29,745 nt of DNA, from assembly GCA_965368975.1 (NCBI GenBank), contig CBDUPA010000038.1, forward strand, positions 1 to 29,745. Direction: 5' to 3'. Each line of letters opens with the position of its first letter. The stretch's first letter is position 1. The translations under genes and the position numbers were made by a program. This document shows, one piece after another, positions 25,892 to 29,745 of this stretch. This DNA is from an uncultured bacterium (GTDB lineage: Bacteria; Acidobacteriota; Thermoanaerobaculia; Multivoradales; JAHZIX01). Below the pieces are notes generated by a model. It was given only the letters and a program-made list of their open reading frames with translations, was not told where the DNA came from and made no database searches.

Positions 25892-27457
25892 ATGAAAGAC
25901 ACCGTCACCCGGCCAGCCCCTTCCAGGAACCCAGGCACACCGGCACCCACAGCTTCGGCACTGACCGTTCTCAGCCACCCAGATCCTGCTCGAGTGGGCG
26001 AGAAGTACGTCCTGACCGATTTGCTCGGTGGAAAGAACGTCAAACTGTGTCGCACGGCTCCGTTCTTCTCCGGGCCCACCAGTGGCTCAGCACGACCGCT
26101 AGAGGACCCTCACCTGAGTCGCCGACCGTTGCTGTTGAGTCCATTGCAGCAGAACGGAGTGCGTATCGACGCGAGTGAAAGCTCGATGACTCTGTTCGTG
26201 AATGGCGAACCGCTGGCGAGTCGGCGAGACTTGCCTACCGAGATGCTGGCGCAGGGCGTCGTGCTGCTCTTGGCCGGCCAGATCGCCTTGGTGCTACAGA
26301 ATACGGTGCTCGAACCTCCCCTATCCTGCGCCCCCGAGATCGTCGGTGAGAGTGCCTCGATCTTGCAGCTACGTCGCGAGATCCAGCGCATCGCGGATCT
26401 CGACTTCCAGGTGCTACTGCGCGGAGAAAGCGGTACTGGCAAAGAACTGGCCGCACGCGCAATTCACGACTCAGGACCGCGCCGAGACAGTCCCTTCCTG
26501 GCCTTGAACATGGGCGCCTTGCCACGCGAACTTGCGGCGGCCGAGTTGTTCGGCGCCGTCAAGGGGGCCTATACGGGGGCGGGCCGCACACGCCCTGGCT
26601 ACTTTCAACAGGCCTCGGGCGGCACTCTGTTTCTGGACGAAATCGGCGAAGCCTCGCCCGAGGTCCAGGTCCTGCTCTTGCGAGCGTTAGAAACCGGACA
26701 GGTCCAGCGCGTGGGCAGTAGCGCGGTCGAAGACGTGAACGTACGCGTCATCTCGGCTACCGACGTCGAACTGGAAACGGCCGTCGACAGTGGCACCTTT
26801 CGCCTTCCGCTCTTGCATCGCCTCGCCGGCTATGAACTCTTCTTGCCACCGCTACGCGACCGCCGAGAGGATTTTGGGCGACTGTTCTTTCGCTTCTTGG
26901 GCCAGGAACTTCGCCGTATAGGCGACGCTGAGCGTCTGGTGCCAGCTTCTGGGCAGAAGCCCTGGATCGATGCCGAGTTACTCAGTCAGCTGGCTCTCCT
27001 TCCCTGGCCCGGCAATGTGCGGCAGCTCAAGAACGTGGTGCGTCAACTGGTGGTCGCGAGCCGTGGCTCGGACAGAATACAGATTCCCAAGGGTGTCGAG
27101 CGCCTGCTGACTCCTGCTGCCACGACTAGCGTGGATTCGCCCAGAACAGAGGCCTCAATCGCAGTAGAGACGTCCTTGCGTCGAGCTGAAGAGGTGAGCG
27201 ACGACGAACTGTTGACCGCTCTGCGCAGTGAGAACTTCATCGTCAGCCGTGCAGCACGGCGTCTCGGTGTATCGAAAACGGCCCTGTACAAACGAATGGA
27301 CCAGTGTCCGCGGGTTCGCAAAGCCTCGGAACTCGACGTCAGCGAGATCGAGGCCACTGTGCAGCAGTTCCCCGGTGATCCCCGAGCCATGGCACTCGCA
27401 CTCGAGGTGTCTCCCCGGGGACTCCGATTGCGCATGGGTGAGTTGGGCCTGCTCTAA
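25892..27457 (+). CDS. Sigma-54-dependent transcriptional activator (bEBP) with degenerate FHA-like N-terminus and two C-terminal HTH-like motifs
   Basis: GESGTGKE (Walker A), ELFGAVKGAYTGA, GTLFLDEIGE (Walker B), RVISAT, LPPLRDRRED, WPGNVRQL. N-terminal LCR...DPHLSRR...FVNGE is FHA-like. The C-terminus has VSRAARRLGVSKTALYKRM and PRAMALALEVSPRGLRLRM. The start is uncertain (25880/25886/25892). Confidence 0.92.
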   Translation: MKDTVTRPAPSRNPGTPAPTASALTVLSHPDPARVGEKYVLTDLLGGKNVKLCRTAPFFSGPTSGSARPLEDPHLSRRPLLLSPLQQNGVRIDASESSMTLFVNGEPLASRRDLPTEMLAQGVVLLLAGQIALVLQNTVLEPPLSCAPEIVGESASILQLRREIQRIADLDFQVLLRGESGTGKELAARAIHDSGPRRDSPFLALNMGALPRELAAAELFGAVKGAYTGAGRTRPGYFQQASGGTLFLDEIGEASPEVQVLLLRALETGQVQRVGSSAVEDVNVRVISATDVELETAVDSGTFRLPLLHRLAGYELFLPPLRDRREDFGRLFFRFLGQELRRIGDAERLVPASGQKPWIDAELLSQLALLPWPGNVRQLKNVVRQLVVASRGSDRIQIPKGVERLLTPAATTSVDSPRTEASIAVETSLRRAEEVSDDELLTALRSENFIVSRAARRLGVSKTALYKRMDQCPRVRKASELDVSEIEATVQQFPGDPRAMALALEVSPRGLRLRMGELGLL

Positions 27458-27550
27458 GGCCTGCCAGAACTGAGCTAGTCTTCCAGCGATCAGCGGTTCG
27501 TTCGATCGCTCCTGGTCCGCAATCGCATCGCTCCCGAGGAACCTCTTCTC

Positions 27551-27818
27551 CTACACCACCGTTTCCACCTCGAGGACGCCGGCAAGCAAGAAGAGAAGAC
27601 TCGGTGCGCTGCTCGACTCCGTCGACGTTGACACTGCTGGCTGAGCCAGAACAGGGCGAGCAAACTCGCCCAGAAAGTGTCGATCCGGAGAGTGTTGATC
27701 CGACCAGTGTCTGTCCGCTGGAAGCCGCGGGATCTCTTGGATTGCCTGGGTGCTCGCACCACAGCAATTACAGCGTAGAGATCGCAGTCGCAACCAATCG
27801 AAAATGTACAGGTCTCAT
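27551..27818 (-). pseudogene. Probable decayed exported-protein gene (or a 16-aa small ORF, 27768-27818)
   Basis: AGGAGG (27825-27830) lies 6 nt before ATG 27818, downstream of a consensus sigma-54 promoter. It reads MRPVHFRLVATAISTL then TAA. An adjacent frame continues GASTQAIQEIPRLPADRHWSDQ...RPVLAQ to a stop at 27551. Confidence 0.45.
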
Positions 27819-27909
27819 CAGGTTCCTCCTCTAGTCAGGCCTCTGTCGGCTGGCAAGGACAAGACCACTCAGCTCCCTCCAAGAACCAGCCTCTATGATC
27901 CTTCGCTTC

Positions 27910-27926
27910 AGCAATTGATGTGCCAA
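27910..27926 (-). promoter_or_regulatory. Second sigma-54 (-24/-12) promoter
   Basis: Minus strand reads TTGGCACATCAATTGCT, a near-perfect TGGCAC-N5-TTGCW, ~90 bp upstream of a strong RBS and ATG. Confidence 0.8.
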
Positions 27927-27981
27927 CCACCGACTTGGCGGGTCGTGGGAAGTGAGCGCTCCGAATATCAGGTCATCCCCG

Positions 27982-28018
27982 GTTCTGGACGGTTGTCTGA
28001 ACCGTCCAGAACTGTCCA
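27982..28018. promoter_or_regulatory. Candidate enhancer: 13-bp perfect inverted repeat
   Basis: GTTCTGGACGGTT (27982-27994) / AACCGTCCAGAAC (28000-28012). It overlaps CTGAACCGTCCAGAACTGTCC, which resembles the motif at 25775. Confidence 0.6.
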
Positions 28019-28645
28019 AAGACGCTTCATGTCGCTGCGATTTCATATCAAGTGGGTGCCAAGACAAGTTCGCTGTGCCCGATCCACGGAAGATGTCTCC
28101 GATCGAGGGCGACAAATGGCGTCGCCCCGTCACGATCTCCCCGGTCGGTACGAGTTCGTATCGGCATTCCATTTCGCGAGTTGCTGGAATAGGTAACCAA
28201 GCCTGGCGAGGAAGTCCGATCGCGGTCGGCGGTATCTACCGGGGTACTGTGGTGCGGCACCCTCGACGCTACAGGGGTGTACGGGGTGACACCCCAGGGG
28301 TACCCTTGCTTTACCTACGGCTTAATCATCAAATCGAAACGGAAAATGACGAGGCACCTTGGCAAACGAGGCTGCTGCCAAGAGCCTGAGTGACGGCACA
28401 TATCTCGCGCAGTCGGAGCCGGGGCGGGGGATCCCGAACTCGGGTAAGATACTGTTACAGGCAAGTTTAGCCAGACCGTGAACCTGGTGTCGCCCCTGTC
28501 AGTTCGGGGCCGAACTTCGGGATGATCAGGATGTCCAGAAATGCCGATAGCGCGGCGCCTCGGTCGCAATCCAGCAATACAAATCTTTCGCAGTAGCTGT
28601 CTCGTGGTACAAATATGTGCAAGACTTCATGTAATGAGGTAGGAA

Positions 28646-28764
28646 GGGCTGGTACCCCGGGTGGAGGCGGGTACGGCGAGGGTGGAGCGGGTGGGTACGA
28701 GGGGTGGTACCCCGTGCCCGACCGGCGTCGCGGAGTACCGGCTAGGGTACCCCGTCGGAGGTAC
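28646..28764. repeat. GTAC/GGTACCCCG and G-tract cluster of unknown function
   Basis: GGTACCCCG occurs at 28651, 28706 and 28746. There are seven GTAC cores in ~115 bp and seven runs of >=3 G between 28646 and 28704. Confidence 0.6.
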
Positions 28765-28805
28765 ATCCTCGCCGTGCCACGTCTGGACGCGCTTCGCCCA
28801 GCGTA

Positions 28806-29690
28806 GTAAGTCGCTCGGGTCAGTTGGGCAGCAGGACAGCGCCCGGCCTGTCAATGGCGACTTTGGCTGCAGTCTTCAGGAAGTCAGCTGGCGAGGTGCC
28901 CTTGAGCTTGGCGGTCTCGATGATGCTGTAGAGGATGGCGGTGACCTTGGCTCCGTGCTTGGATCGGTTGCCATAGAAGTTCTTGCGTCCGACGACCGGC
29001 CCCCGCAAGACGCGCTCGGCTGCGTTGTTGTCGAGCGGGACCTGTGGATTCTTGAGAAAGACGGTCAGCCCCTTCCAGTGCTTGAGCATGTAGAGCACGG
29101 CCTTACCGAACGGGCTGCGTCGCAAGCCACCTTGGGCAAAGGCCCACTCTTTGATCGCTTCGATGATGGGTTCGGATCGCTCCTGGCGTAGCTCCAGACG
29201 CAGGGCGCAGGCGTCCTTGTCGCCGGGGAAAGCCCCATCGACCTCCTTCTCGACCTCATAGAGGTCGTGGATGAGGGTTCGAATCTCCTTGATCGCTGCC
29301 GGGGGACCCTTGGCGTCCTTGAATTTGCGGTCCGCGTGAGCCCAACAGTGAGCGATGCACATGGTTTTCTCAAGGTCGGCCACGATCGGATAGACGACAT
29401 AGCCGTCGACGACCAGCGTACCCTGGAAGCCTCGCAAGATCTTGCGCGCGGTGGCCGCCGACTTGGACCGGGCCAGGTGGTAGGCCGCCACGGTCGGTGA
29501 GGTCAGGCCAAACAATGTCCACTTGGCAGAGCGCTGGTACTTGGTAGCCATCTGCTTCCAGCCGGTTTCATCTACGTGGAGCACCGGCGAGGCGAGCGCT
29601 TCGGTGCACAGCGCCTTCCAGGTCGGCTCGAGGTGCTTGGCCAGGGCGGCATGCTGATCCCACAGGGTTTGCGAGGTCACCGTCAAACCT
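28806..29690 (-). mobile_element. IS66-family element, right portion (interrupted)
   Basis: Contains the tnpC 3' half. GTAAGTCGCTCGGG at 28806, just beyond the tnpC stop, resembles a GTAA-type IS66 terminus. The partner end is not in the window. Confidence 0.7.
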
Positions 29691-29692
29691 TG
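28820..29692 (-). pseudogene. tnpC: IS66-family DDE transposase TnpC, 5'-truncated
   Basis: LHVDETGW, LVVDGYVVY, HCWAHADRKF, LDNNAAERVLRGPVVGRKN, YSIIETAKL. An in-frame TAA at 29693-29695 directly precedes QGLTVTSQTLWDQ, so the N-terminal coiled-coil/Zn-finger part is missing here. Confidence 0.88.
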
Positions 29693-29745
29693 TTAGCGGT
29701 CATCAGAAAGCGCTGCATCCTGGTCATTTCGCTCGTTTGTTTCGC
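29691..29745. mobile_element. Possible terminus of a second IS (IS21-like) inserted into tnpC
   Basis: TnpC homology ends abruptly. The sequence begins TGTTAGCGGTCATCAGAAAG, with GGTCAT repeated 24 bp apart (29698, 29722). Only 55 bp are visible. Confidence 0.3.

Noticed and set aside
28394-28408. CGGCACATATCTCGC (plus) as a further sigma-54 promoter
   Set aside because: Spacing is correct (GG-N10-GC), but both boxes deviate from consensus, no enhancer motif sits at the matching distance, and no downstream gene is evident.
27750-28806. Short ORFs in the right intergenic region (27831-28172, 27952-28389, 28467-28766 and others)
   Set aside because: No recognisable motifs or RBS; they overlap each other and the promoter, enhancer and repeat elements.
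1-29745. tRNA, rRNA or CRISPR array
   Set aside because: None recognised by eye; the IS-internal cloverleaf lacks tRNA D- and T-loop consensus. A covariance-model scan was not possible.

Overview
GC-rich bacterial window with no RNA genes or CRISPR array seen. Gene content resembles Acidobacteriota or myxobacterial accessory loci (inference only). From left to right: (1) a signal-peptide-bearing Rhs/YD-repeat gene that runs off the left edge (minus strand, missed by the ORF track), with a small exported protein upstream; (2) a membrane Ser/Thr kinase with an external TPR region; (3) the N- and C-terminal stubs of a destroyed paralog of the giant gene, flanking an IS3-family element that has no target duplication; (4) a ~5,213-aa exported protein built from a GEVED-like domain, a beta-propeller, ~31 DUF11 repeats and a clan-CD/C25-like His-Cys protease domain; (5) a divergent sigma-54 activator with an FHA-like domain and two HTHs; (6) a second sigma-54 promoter with a matching putative enhancer, driving a decayed or tiny ORF; (7) an unexplained GTAC/G-tract region; (8) a truncated IS66 transposase. 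The best candidate for an undescribed system is a TPR-kinase / FHA-sigma-54 activator circuit controlling a giant, partly isopeptide-cross-linked surface protease-adhesin. All domain calls come from motif recognition by eye; no database searches were run.
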